Assembly (NCBI GenBank): GCA_026396385.1
Contig: JAPLWV010000012.1
Coordinates: 1-48,525 of the forward strand
DNA: 48,525 nucleotides
Direction of reading: 5' to 3'
Source: Candidatus Micrarchaeota archaeon
GTDB lineage: Archaea > Micrarchaeota > Micrarchaeia > Burarchaeales > Fermentimicrarchaeaceae
Numbering within the stretch: the stretch's first letter is position 1; every line of letters begins with the position of its first letter. Below are positions 28,131-36,762 of this stretch, piece by piece. Under the pieces are notes generated by a model. It made no database searches, was not told where the DNA came from, and worked only from the letters and a program-made list of their open reading frames with translations. A program made the position numbers and the translations under genes.

Positions 28131-28289
28131 TTAAACTGCCTTCTTCGCTCTGATATCCTTTCTCTTAGGCCTCAGATGCGTGTAGAAGCATTTCCTGCAT
28201 CTCTCGGCTCCTCTAGGGTTCCTTGCCTTGCATTTCCTGCATATCCATATCTTGGATATCTCTGCATCAGCGAGTGGAAACTTCCCCAT
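28131..28289 (-). CDS. rpl40e: 50S ribosomal protein L40e (absent from the ORF track, 52 aa)
   Basis: Manual translation MGKFPLADAEISKIWICRKCKARNPRGAERCRKCFYTHLRPKRKDIRAKKAV; GGTGA RBS. Confidence 0.95.
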   Translation of the reverse strand: MGKFPLADAEISKIWICRKCKARNPRGAERCRKCFYTHLRPKRKDIRAKKAV

Positions 28290-28327
28290 AAATATCACCT
28301 GGAGTTAAATATTTTGAGCATGCAAGT

Positions 28328-28529
28328 GTGACATGCCCCTACCTTTTGACAGGTTTGGCTTCCTGCTTCAAAGAACACCCATCGGGTTCTCGGCCAGGCT
28401 TGCATTCCCGTATGCCCTGCGGTATTCCGCCTCTGCACTCATCCCAGACGGCTTTACACAAACTGGGAAACATGCAGATGGTTCGTGTTGCGACTCAATC
28501 ACGCCTTATGGGTTGGCGGTGTTGTGATT
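28328..28529 (-). mobile_element. Orphan IS200/IS605 right end / TnpB omegaRNA-like scaffold (non-autonomous element or stand-alone guide RNA)
   Basis: Minus strand reads AATACCGCAGGGCATACGGGAA-TGCAA-GCCTG...GAAGCAGGAAGCC-hairpin-ATGTCAC, matching recalled tnpB right-end architecture with terminal TCAC. Two more hairpins lie 5' of it. No tnpA/tnpB in the window. Confidence 0.7.
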
Positions 28530-28635
28530 ATGAAAAAGAGCATATATAAACATTTGGAAGGGGTAACTTTCCAGGTGAAGAATGTGGGATTCCGCATAGA
28601 GTTAAATTCGTATTTATTCATAATTTTATCTCTGA

Positions 28636-28707
28636 GCCCCGGTAGCTCAGTGGTAGAGCGAACGCCTTGTAAGCGTTAGGTCGCGAGTTCAATCCTCGCT
28701 CGGGGCT
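28636..28707 (+). tRNA. tRNA-Thr(TGT)
   Basis: GCCCCGG/TCGGGGC acceptor; AACGC-CT TGT AA-GCGTT; GTTCAATC. Confidence 0.96.
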
Positions 28708-28758
28708 TTCAAAAACCTTGAAAAGTATTTAATAATTGCCAGTTAAAAGGGAAAAACA

Positions 28759-30546
28759 ATGTGCGGAATTCTCGGCATAATAACTCTTAAGCCAAGAGCT
28801 ATAGGAAGGGACCTAGTTGCTGGAGGCAAGAGGCTCAGCTACAGGGGATATGATTCAGTAGGATGCGCAGTTATGTCTGACGGAAAAATAGACCTTAGAA
28901 AGGATGTCGGCAAAGTAGATGAGGTGAGCAAGAAGCTGAACTTCTCAGAGATGCACGGTGACAGAGGGGTAATACAACTGAGATGGGCAACCTTTGGAGC
29001 TCCTTCCAAAAATAATGCTCAGCCTCATCTTGACTGCGATGGGGATATGGTTGGCGCCCATAACGGCAATATAGTGAACACACCTCAGCTCAGGGAGCAG
29101 TTCATGAGGGAAGGCCACACTGTAAGGAGCACAAATGACGGGGAGCTATGCATACACGCGGTTGAGAAATACTATGATGAAGGATACAACATGGTTGATA
29201 GCATAAGAAAGGCTTACGGCGATTTGAGGGGTGACTATGCATTCATCATATTCAACAACAAGGAGAAGAAGCTCTACGCGGTGAAGAAGGGCTCTGGTTT
29301 GGTTGTCGGAATCGGAAAGGATGAAATGTACTGTTCATCAGACTTGCCTTCGCTTCTCCCTCTGACAAAGAAGATTATATTCCTAAGCGATGGTGAGATT
29401 GTTTCATTATCTCCAAAAGAGGCCAAAGTCTTCGGAGTTAGCGATGGAAAGGAGATAAAGAAGAAGATTATTGAGTACAGGGAGAATGCTGAACATGCCA
29501 AAAAAGGCGGGTACGAGCACTTCATGCTGAAGGAGATAAATGAACAGCCAGTTGCAGCTGAAGATTTGATTGAGCTGCTTGACGAGTCGGAATATGCTGA
29601 TAAATTCCTCGATGTGATAAAGAGTTCTGACAAGGTTTTCTTCGTTGGGTGCGGCTCTAGTTATCATGCCTGCCTGCTCGGCTCCTACTACTTTGGGAAT
29701 ATAGCAAAGAAAGTTGTGATTCCAGTTGTTGCACCGCAATTCATCAGCGAGTATGGACATACAGTTGATGACAAAACCTGTGTTGTGCTTGTGAGCCAGA
29801 GTGGTGAAACGAAAGACGTGATAAACGCGATGAACTATGCAAAAGAGAAGACTGATAAGATACTTGGAGTGATAAATGTGATTGGCTCAACTCTGATGAA
29901 CTCCAGCAAAGTATATCTGCCTCTTGCTGCGGGCTATGAAGTCAGCGTTCCTGCCACGAAGACGTTTATCAACCAGTGCGTGATGTTCCTTTACCTTGCT
30001 AAGAAGATGGGGGGGAAATCGTGCGATGATATGAAGAAGCTTCCACCTCTAATTAAGGATACTATAGAATCAACAACGGATGATTGCAAGAGACTGGCAG
30101 GATACCTGAAAAAATGGGATGATATGTACTGCTTGGGTTATGGATCAACATACGGGATTGCAAGGGAGGCCGCCCTGAAGATAAAGGAGATAACATACTC
30201 GCACTGCGAGGGGATGTATAGTTCTGAGTTTAAGCATGGACCACTCTCGGCGGTAAGGAGAGGTTACCCAGTAATGTTCATCAGCTCTCTGAAAGATGTG
30301 GATGTGATAGTTAGCCATATGAATGAGGTTATATGCCGAGGTGGGAGGGCTATATCCATTGCGGAGAAAAGCGAGGGCATGGTGAGAAATGCGAGTGAAC
30401 TGATTGAGCTGCCGCATTCAACTGATTACTTCTCACCTGTGCTTGCCGCAATTCCAGCACAGCTCATAGCATACTACTTGAGTGTTAGCAGGGGAATCAA
30501 CCCGGACTTCCCAAGGAACCTGAGCAAGACAATTACGGTGGATTAA
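28759..30546 (+). CDS. glmS: Glutamine--fructose-6-phosphate aminotransferase (isomerizing)
   Basis: MCGI, RGYDS, RWAT, HNG, MLKEI.EQP, SQSGET, KHGP, PRNLSKTITVD. Confidence 0.93.
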   Translation: MCGILGIITLKPRAIGRDLVAGGKRLSYRGYDSVGCAVMSDGKIDLRKDVGKVDEVSKKLNFSEMHGDRGVIQLRWATFGAPSKNNAQPHLDCDGDMVGAHNGNIVNTPQLREQFMREGHTVRSTNDGELCIHAVEKYYDEGYNMVDSIRKAYGDLRGDYAFIIFNNKEKKLYAVKKGSGLVVGIGKDEMYCSSDLPSLLPLTKKIIFLSDGEIVSLSPKEAKVFGVSDGKEIKKKIIEYRENAEHAKKGGYEHFMLKEINEQPVAAEDLIELLDESEYADKFLDVIKSSDKVFFVGCGSSYHACLLGSYYFGNIAKKVVIPVVAPQFISEYGHTVDDKTCVVLVSQSGETKDVINAMNYAKEKTDKILGVINVIGSTLMNSSKVYLPLAAGYEVSVPATKTFINQCVMFLYLAKKMGGKSCDDMKKLPPLIKDTIESTTDDCKRLAGYLKKWDDMYCLGYGSTYGIAREAALKIKEITYSHCEGMYSSEFKHGPLSAVRRGYPVMFISSLKDVDVIVSHMNEVICRGGRAISIAEKSEGMVRNASELIELPHSTDYFSPVLAAIPAQLIAYYLSVSRGINPDFPRNLSKTITVD

Positions 30547-30643
30547 GCTATTTTTCTTTTATAATTCTGATTAGATGAATCATCAGCAACTTATCATTAG
30601 GGATATAAATACTGGGAGATATAGATAGTTGTAGAGTGATTTT

Positions 30644-31450
30644 ATGAAAATAGGTACCAAAACTCTCAAAGAAGGCTTTGCTAAGATGCAGAAGGGAGGG
30701 GTGATAATGGATGTCGTCACCCCAAAGCAGGCACTGATTGCAGAGAAAGCGGGAGCTGTTGCCGTAATGGCCCTGCATGCGGTTCCGGCGGACATAAGGG
30801 CAAGAGGGGGTGTTGCAAGAATGGCTGACCCCGCGATTATTGAAAAAATAATGAAAACAGTGACGATTCCCGTTATGGCAAAGGTGAGGATAGGGCATTT
30901 TGCTGAAGCGCAGGTGCTTGAAGAACTCGGAGTGGATATGATCGATGAGTCCGAAGTCCTGACTCCTGCAGATGAACAGTTCCACATAGACAAGAAGAAA
31001 TTCAAAATTCCGTTTGTATGCGGTGCCAGGAACCTCGGGGAGGCTCTGAGAAGAATGAATGAGGGGGCAGCCATGATAAGAACGAAGGGGGAGCCTGGCA
31101 CTGGCGATGTCGCTGAAGCAGTAAAGCATGTGAGGCAGATAAGCAGGGAGGTAGAGGAGCTTGTTTCATTCCAGAAGCACAGGGGGATGAATTTTGCTGC
31201 TGGGGGGATAGCAACGCCTGCGGATGCAGCGCTCATGATGCAACTCGGAGTGGATGGGATATTTGTCGGCTCCGGAGTATTCAAATCTTCCCACCCAGAA
31301 AGGTATGCTAAAGCAATCGTTGAGGCTACGAGGAGCTATGGCAGACCAGAAGTTGTTTTGAAAGTCTCAAAGGGGCTGGGGGATGCAATGCACGGGATTG
31401 ATGCGAAGAGTCTGCAGGATTCGCAGAAGATGCAGTTGAGGAGCCACTAG
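30644..31450 (+). CDS. pdxS: Pyridoxal 5'-phosphate synthase lyase subunit
   Basis: [58 protein letters not shown]. Confidence 0.96.
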   Translation: MKIGTKTLKEGFAKMQKGGVIMDVVTPKQALIAEKAGAVAVMALHAVPADIRARGGVARMADPAIIEKIMKTVTIPVMAKVRIGHFAEAQVLEELGVDMIDESEVLTPADEQFHIDKKKFKIPFVCGARNLGEALRRMNEGAAMIRTKGEPGTGDVAEAVKHVRQISREVEELVSFQKHRGMNFAAGGIATPADAALMMQLGVDGIFVGSGVFKSSHPERYAKAIVEATRSYGRPEVVLKVSKGLGDAMHGIDAKSLQDSQKMQLRSH

Positions 31451-31467
31451 TTTTGCGGGTAGTTCAA

Positions 31468-32043
31468 ATGAGAGTAGGGGTTATTGCATTTCAAGGCACT
31501 GTGAGTGAGCACATGCGCATGGCTGATGCAGTGCTAGGCAGTGGAAGTGCCCTTGCGGTTAGAAGGGCTGAGGAGCTTGATGATGTCTCCGCAGCCATAA
31601 TTCCGGGAGGGGAATCGACGACCATAGGAAGACTCATGCGCAATTCAGGTGTTTTTGAAAAGCTGAAGCAACTGGGTGATGGAGGTTTTCCTATATGGGG
31701 AACATGCGCAGGAATGATTATGCTGGCAAAGGAAGGAGACGGGCAGATGAGAAGAACGGGCGAACTTTTAGGACTTATGAATATGAAGGTGAAGAGAAAT
31801 GCATTCGGAAGGCAGAGGGAATCCTTTGAAGAGGAGCTGGAATTGGAAGGAATCGGTGAATTTCACTGTGTTTTTATAAGAGCACCTGCAGTTGAGAAAG
31901 TATATGGAAAATGCAGAGCCATTGCGCATCTAGGAAAATATGTAGTTGCTGCTGAACAAGAGAACCTGCTTGCAACAGCTTTTCATCCTGAGCTGACAAA
32001 CGATCTTAAGTTTCACAGGTACTTCCTTGAGAAGGCGAGATGA
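31468..32043 (+). CDS. pdxT: Pyridoxal 5'-phosphate synthase glutaminase subunit
   Basis: PGGESTT, GTCAG, RNAFGRQ, FIRAP, FHPEL. Confidence 0.96.
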   Translation: MRVGVIAFQGTVSEHMRMADAVLGSGSALAVRRAEELDDVSAAIIPGGESTTIGRLMRNSGVFEKLKQLGDGGFPIWGTCAGMIMLAKEGDGQMRRTGELLGLMNMKVKRNAFGRQRESFEEELELEGIGEFHCVFIRAPAVEKVYGKCRAIAHLGKYVVAAEQENLLATAFHPELTNDLKFHRYFLEKAR

Positions 32044-32099
32044 GTATATGTTTTTAAAGATGTTTTCGCAAAAAGAATGTGTTCACAGGAGGTGTGTAA

Positions 32100-32321
32100 A
32101 TGGCAGAATTAACCCCAGTAGAGCAGATTGTTTTGAAGGCATTGCAGGACATCGGAGCAAGCGATGAAAGTAAGATGAAAACAGCAGACGATGTTCAGAA
32201 AAAGTGCAACAGGCCAAAAGGGCAAGTTAACAACGCGCTTATGAGCTTGGTAAGCAAAGGAGTTGTCATAAGGAAGGTTAGGGAGAAGGCTGCTGGTTAC
32301 TACTTGGTCAAGACAGGTTGA
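32100..32321 (+). CDS. Small basic winged-helix protein
   Basis: 73 aa wHTH pattern (KTADDV...VNNALMSLVSKGVV...GYYL); strong GGAGGTG RBS. Confidence 0.8.
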   Translation: MAELTPVEQIVLKALQDIGASDESKMKTADDVQKKCNRPKGQVNNALMSLVSKGVVIRKVREKAAGYYLVKTG

Positions 32322-32324
32322 GTC

Positions 32325-33695
32325 ATGAAAACAATAGTTGTTGGTGCTGGTCCCGCCGGGCTTTTCTGTGCGTATGAGCTCGCCAAAGCTGGTGCTAAAG
32401 TAGTTGTGGTGGAGAGCGGAAGCGCCGTAGAAAGAAGAAGATGTCCAATGAAGAAGATGGGCTACTGCGCCAAATGCGAGCCCTGCAACCTCATACACGG
32501 AGTTGGAGGAGCTGGCTTATTCTCTGACGGAAAGCTTAACCTGGACCCGAGGATAGGAGGAGACATGCTGCAGTTCATGAAGGATGATGAAGCTCGCAGG
32601 CTGATAGAATATGTTAACAATGTTTTCAGCGAGCATGGGGCGAAGGGGGAGAAGACTACGATTGATGAGAGGGCAGGTGCTCTTATAAGAAAGGCCAAGA
32701 TGGCTGGAGTGACGTTCATACCGATCGTGCAGAGGCACATAGGCTCCGACATGCTGCCAGATGTTATAGAATCTCTGAAGAGCTACATGGAAGCTCTTGG
32801 TGTGGAGTTCGTACTCAATACAACTGTGAGAGACATTGATGTGCACAATGGTGCTACGAAGGGAGTTATCGTAGGCAGGAGGGTAATAAAAGGAGATTTT
32901 GTGGTGCTGGCAACTGGCAGGGGAGGGGCGCAGTGGCTTGCGAGGAAATGCATGCAGCTTGGTATTCCAACGCAACACCAGCCCCTTGACGTTGGAGTGA
33001 GGGTTGAGGTACCTGCCGAGATAATGAAGGAAGTTACCGATGTGTTCTGGGACCCGAAGTTCTACATACAAACTGGCCAGTATGATGATTTTGTCAGAAC
33101 ATTCTGCACATGCCCCTACGGCTTTGTGATATCCGAGAGCTACAACAGCTTCATCTGCACCAATGGCCACTCGATGATATCAGTCAAATCGGAAAATACC
33201 AACTTCGCCCTGCTTGTCAGAGTCGCTCTCACACACCCTGTTGAGAACACAACGGAATACGGAGAATCAATAGCGAGGATAGCCTCAACGATAGGCGGCG
33301 GCAAGCCCATACTCCAGAGGTTTGGGGACCTGAAGGCGGGCAGGAGGTCGACCTGGGAGAGGATAAGGAGGAGTTATGTCAAGCCCACATTCACATACGT
33401 CACCCCGGGGGATGTGAGCATGGTGCTTCCGGGGAGGATAATGGCGGACATAAGGGAGGCACTGGAGACGCTCAACAAAGTCATTCCGGGCGTTGCTGAG
33501 GATTCAACATTGCTCTATGCTCCTGAGATAAAGTTCCACGCGCTGAGGGTGAACGTGAGCAAGCAGATGGAAACGAATGTGAAAAACCTCTTTGCAGTTG
33601 GCGATGGTGCTGGGGTCTCGAGGGGTATAGTGGGAGCTGCGCTGAGCGGGGTTGTGGCTGCGAGAGAAATAATTAAGAGGTGTAGGAATGGATGA
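32325..33695 (+). CDS. FAD-dependent oxidoreductase (COG2509-like)
   Basis: GAGPAG, GGAGLFSDGKL, HIGSD, VRTFCTCP, GDGAGVSRG; CP...C..C..C cluster. Confidence 0.9.
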   Translation: MKTIVVGAGPAGLFCAYELAKAGAKVVVVESGSAVERRRCPMKKMGYCAKCEPCNLIHGVGGAGLFSDGKLNLDPRIGGDMLQFMKDDEARRLIEYVNNVFSEHGAKGEKTTIDERAGALIRKAKMAGVTFIPIVQRHIGSDMLPDVIESLKSYMEALGVEFVLNTTVRDIDVHNGATKGVIVGRRVIKGDFVVLATGRGGAQWLARKCMQLGIPTQHQPLDVGVRVEVPAEIMKEVTDVFWDPKFYIQTGQYDDFVRTFCTCPYGFVISESYNSFICTNGHSMISVKSENTNFALLVRVALTHPVENTTEYGESIARIASTIGGGKPILQRFGDLKAGRRSTWERIRRSYVKPTFTYVTPGDVSMVLPGRIMADIREALETLNKVIPGVAEDSTLLYAPEIKFHALRVNVSKQMETNVKNLFAVGDGAGVSRGIVGAALSGVVAAREIIKRCRNG

Positions 33696-34128
33696 GATAG
33701 CTTTCTCTGCAAAGTATAAGGAATGGATTTCAATCAAGAAGATGGATATAGATGAAAAAACAACTCCACCAGAAGTTGTGCACATGCTCTCGAATGTAAG
33801 AGAGTCTATCTCAAGGAAGGCTTTTGAATTGAGCGGGATAGATAAAGGTAAAATAGATGCCTATGTGCTTGGGTTGATTAAGGGGAAAAGGAAGGGCTAT
33901 CCAACGCTCTCTGAGATATTTGGAGGCATGAAGCAGAATGAAGTCAGGGGGGTGCTGCTGTCAGCATCAAGCGAGCAGCTGCTTCCTATTGCGGAAACAT
34001 ATCTTATGAGAAAGCTGCTCACTAGCCTGGGTTATAATGCTGATATAAGCGGTGAGATGATGTCAAAGATATACCCAGAACTGAAGCTGCCAAAGCCAAA
34101 GGGCAGGTTTGGGAAGAAAAAAGAATGA
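33688..34128 (+). CDS. DUF2666-like conserved archaeal protein
   Basis: I.FSAKYKEWISIKKM N-terminus; YPELKLPKPKGR C-terminus. Confidence 0.7.
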   Translation: MDEIAFSAKYKEWISIKKMDIDEKTTPPEVVHMLSNVRESISRKAFELSGIDKGKIDAYVLGLIKGKRKGYPTLSEIFGGMKQNEVRGVLLSASSEQLLPIAETYLMRKLLTSLGYNADISGEMMSKIYPELKLPKPKGRFGKKKE

Positions 34129-34181
34129 GCTGAATGAAGAGAAGGTATTTATCTTTTGTATGACTAAAATAATGTCTCCGA

Positions 34182-34254
34182 GGGGGGATGTGCTAGTCTG
34201 GTATGCTTCGGGGTTTGGGACCCCGCGACCCGAGTTCAAATCTCGGTCCCCCCA
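34182..34254 (+). tRNA. tRNA-Pro(TGG)
   Basis: GGGGGGA/TCCCCCC acceptor; CGGGG-TT TGG GA-CCCCG; CCGAG-TTCAAAT-CTCGG. Confidence 0.94.
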
Positions 34255-34361
34255 CTGGGATTTGTAACTAAAAGTAGGGCACATCATTGTTTACGCGGGA
34301 CAACCCTAACGATAGCTTACCTTCTTAAATATTTAATCTTCTAAATATCTTGCTGAACAGT

Positions 34362-35582
34362 ATGATTCCTGACAAGGAGCTTGAGAGAATAAGAAGCGAT
34401 TTCCCGATCCTGAGTAGAGGAATCAATGGTAAGCCTCTGATCTACTTTGATAACGCATGCATGAGCCTCAGGCCCAAGCAGGTAATGCAAGTGATGAACC
34501 AGTATTACGAGGAATATCCTGCATGCGCCGGGAGGAGCATACACAAGCTCGGCAAGGCAGTGACTGACAGAGTTGCTGAAGCAAGGAAAACAATGGCAAA
34601 GTTCCTGGGTGCAAAGAGGGTGGAGGAGATAGTTTTCACAAGGAATACAACCGAAGCCATAAATCTCATTTCGCACTCGCTTGACTTCAAGAGAGGAGAT
34701 GCAGTGGTAACCAGCGATAGGGAGCACAACTCCAATCTACTTCCCTGGCAGTTCCTCTCTAAGAAAGCAGGAGTGGAGCACAGGGTGGTTTACTCCAATG
34801 ACAATATGGAGTTTGACCTGGAAAGATTTGAGGAGGCTGTTGGCAAAGGAGTCAAACTTGTTTCACTTGTTCACACCTCCAACCTTGATGGATACACTCT
34901 CCCCGCAAGAGAGATAATCAAGATATCCCACGAGCATGGCTCTCTTGTTATGCTTGACGGAGCGCAGTCAGCCTCTCACAAGCAGGTAGATGTCAGAAAG
35001 CTGGATGTTGATTTTTTTGCTCTCTCCGGGCACAAGATGCTTGGACCCTCGGGAATGGGAGTACTTTACGGCAGGTATGAGCTACTTGAGAAGCTGGAGC
35101 CTTTCATGCTTGGCGGGGATACTGTGCAGAGCTCCACATACGATTCCCATGTTCTGCTGAAGCCACCTGAGAAGTTCGAGGCAGGCTTACAGAACTATGC
35201 AGGCAGCATGGGGCTTGCAGAGGCAGCACGATATATTGAGAAGGTTGGAAGGGAGAAAATTGAGAAGCATGAAAATGAGTTAAATAAATTTATCAGCGAA
35301 AGGCTTCTGCAAATCAAAGGCACTAGCATAATAGGCCCTAAACAGGTTGAACTCAGAGGTGGTGTAGTATCCTTCAACATTGAAGGGCTGAACCACCACG
35401 ATGTGGCTATAATGCTTGATGAGAGCAATATAATGGTGCGCTCTGGGCAGCACTGCGTCCACTCATGGTTCAACGCGCATAATATTCCAGGATGCGTGAG
35501 GGCATCTTTATATATTTATAATACGAAGGAGGAAGCTGAGAAATTTCTGAGTAAGGTTGCGGAAATTGCAAAATTGGGGTAA
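34362..35582 (+). CDS. sufS: SufS/CsdA-type (group II) cysteine desulfurase
   Basis: IRSDFPIL, YFDNA, EHNSN, DGAQS, SGHKMLGP, KFEAG, RSGQHC, RASLY. Confidence 0.92.
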   Translation: MIPDKELERIRSDFPILSRGINGKPLIYFDNACMSLRPKQVMQVMNQYYEEYPACAGRSIHKLGKAVTDRVAEARKTMAKFLGAKRVEEIVFTRNTTEAINLISHSLDFKRGDAVVTSDREHNSNLLPWQFLSKKAGVEHRVVYSNDNMEFDLERFEEAVGKGVKLVSLVHTSNLDGYTLPAREIIKISHEHGSLVMLDGAQSASHKQVDVRKLDVDFFALSGHKMLGPSGMGVLYGRYELLEKLEPFMLGGDTVQSSTYDSHVLLKPPEKFEAGLQNYAGSMGLAEAARYIEKVGREKIEKHENELNKFISERLLQIKGTSIIGPKQVELRGGVVSFNIEGLNHHDVAIMLDESNIMVRSGQHCVHSWFNAHNIPGCVRASLYIYNTKEEAEKFLSKVAEIAKLG

Positions 35583-35586
35583 GTCA

Positions 35587-36246
35587 ATGATTCTATGCCT
35601 TGTTGCAATGGTAATATTCGGTGTGCTGGGGATATTCTCGGCAAAATACCGCGAGCTTGCAAAGGAGGCATTCGGCTGTGTCTTCAAAACGATTCAGCTC
35701 AAGCCATGCGACACCAAGCTTGACCAGAGGATAAAATCGAAGCTTATTGCAAAACTAATGAAGTATTCGCCTTGGCTTGCAAAGCTTACGTATAAAAATT
35801 TCTACATTCTCTCCTGGATCTTCACTTTGCTCTTCTTTGGCAGCATGGCTTACACCGCATATTCGTTATATAACTTGGCAGTTTATGGGAGCTGCAGCCC
35901 TGGCAGCTTCTGCGTATTCAACCCAAATGCGAATATTACGGAAGATAATAATGTCTGCAACATAACTGGTAAGTTCATTGAATTCTACGGTGCAGAATGC
36001 CCTCACTGCAATAAGATGATCCCCGTAGTCGCACAGGTTGAGAATGAAACGGGTGTGCATTTCGATAAACTTGAGATATGGCACAACGACACCAACAAGA
36101 ATATCTACTTAATATATTCGGAGTACATAAACAGAGACTGCGGTTCTCTTGGCATACCTACGTTTGTAGCGTTGAAGACGAACAATTCGATGTGCGGAGA
36201 AAAGACAGTGGATGAGCTGAAAACGTTCATAATTCAGAACGGCTAG
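35587..36246 (+). CDS. Membrane protein with C-terminal thioredoxin-fold domain (CPHC)
   Basis: Two TM segments; EFYGAECPHC and GIPTF motifs; additional Cys pairs. Confidence 0.82.
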   Translation: MILCLVAMVIFGVLGIFSAKYRELAKEAFGCVFKTIQLKPCDTKLDQRIKSKLIAKLMKYSPWLAKLTYKNFYILSWIFTLLFFGSMAYTAYSLYNLAVYGSCSPGSFCVFNPNANITEDNNVCNITGKFIEFYGAECPHCNKMIPVVAQVENETGVHFDKLEIWHNDTNKNIYLIYSEYINRDCGSLGIPTFVALKTNNSMCGEKTVDELKTFIIQNG

Positions 36247-36689
36247 GTTTCCAGACTCTTCGACATGACGTAGAAACTCTCTGCTCCTTTCTCAACTTCC
36301 CTTGTTATAACGAAGCCATTTCTCTGGTATAGTTTTATTGCGGGAGGGTTACTCTGTTTGACCTGCAGATATGCCGCACTCTTGCCTTCCCTGACTGCAA
36401 CCTCGCATATTTTGGCGAGGAGGGCGCTTCCGATTCCCATCTGCCTGAATTCTGGGTCAACTGCAAGTCCCATCAGTTTCACTTTTCTTTCCATCAGCTT
36501 GAAGTCAGCAAATCCCGCAACAACGCCGTCAACTACGACAACAAAGTAATCAAAGCCCTTGGAGAGCCTTTTTAGTATTTTAGATGGAGTTACTCGGACA
36601 TGCGGGAAGTGGTAATTTGTTATCTCGGAAACTCGCTCGAAATCCCTCTCCTCAATTCTTCGGATTAAAGGCTGCGAAAACGCGCTCAT
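36243..36689 (-). CDS. GNAT (RimI-like) N-acetyltransferase
   Basis: LAVDPEFRQMGIGSALL and N.PAIKLYQRNGF motifs. Confidence 0.92.
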   Translation of the reverse strand: MSAFSQPLIRRIEERDFERVSEITNYHFPHVRVTPSKILKRLSKGFDYFVVVVDGVVAGFADFKLMERKVKLMGLAVDPEFRQMGIGSALLAKICEVAVREGKSAAYLQVKQSNPPAIKLYQRNGFVITREVEKGAESFYVMSKSLET

Positions 36690-36762
36690 GGAATACCCTT
36701 TGCAATAATCTTTTAAGAGTTCACTTTAAAATAACTTTACAGCTAATGCGCGAGGGGGTAGT

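Noticed and set aside
28328-28575. RNase P RNA or SRP RNA interpretation of the structured region (GGGAAUGCAAG; upstream GGAAAGUUACCCC)
   Set aside because: No consistent P4/P5/P7 pairing, an AT-rich TATA tract interrupts it, and there is no SRP helix-8 CAGG-GNRA-AGCA motif. The tnpB right-end pattern fits better.
28555-28590. ORB-like sequence TTTCCAGGTGAA
   Set aside because: Single degenerate copy, with no cdc6/orc1 gene or paired ORBs nearby.
28328-28679. Short plus-strand ORFs of 64-73 aa
   Set aside because: No recognisable motifs or RBS; they overlap the structured element and tRNA-Thr.
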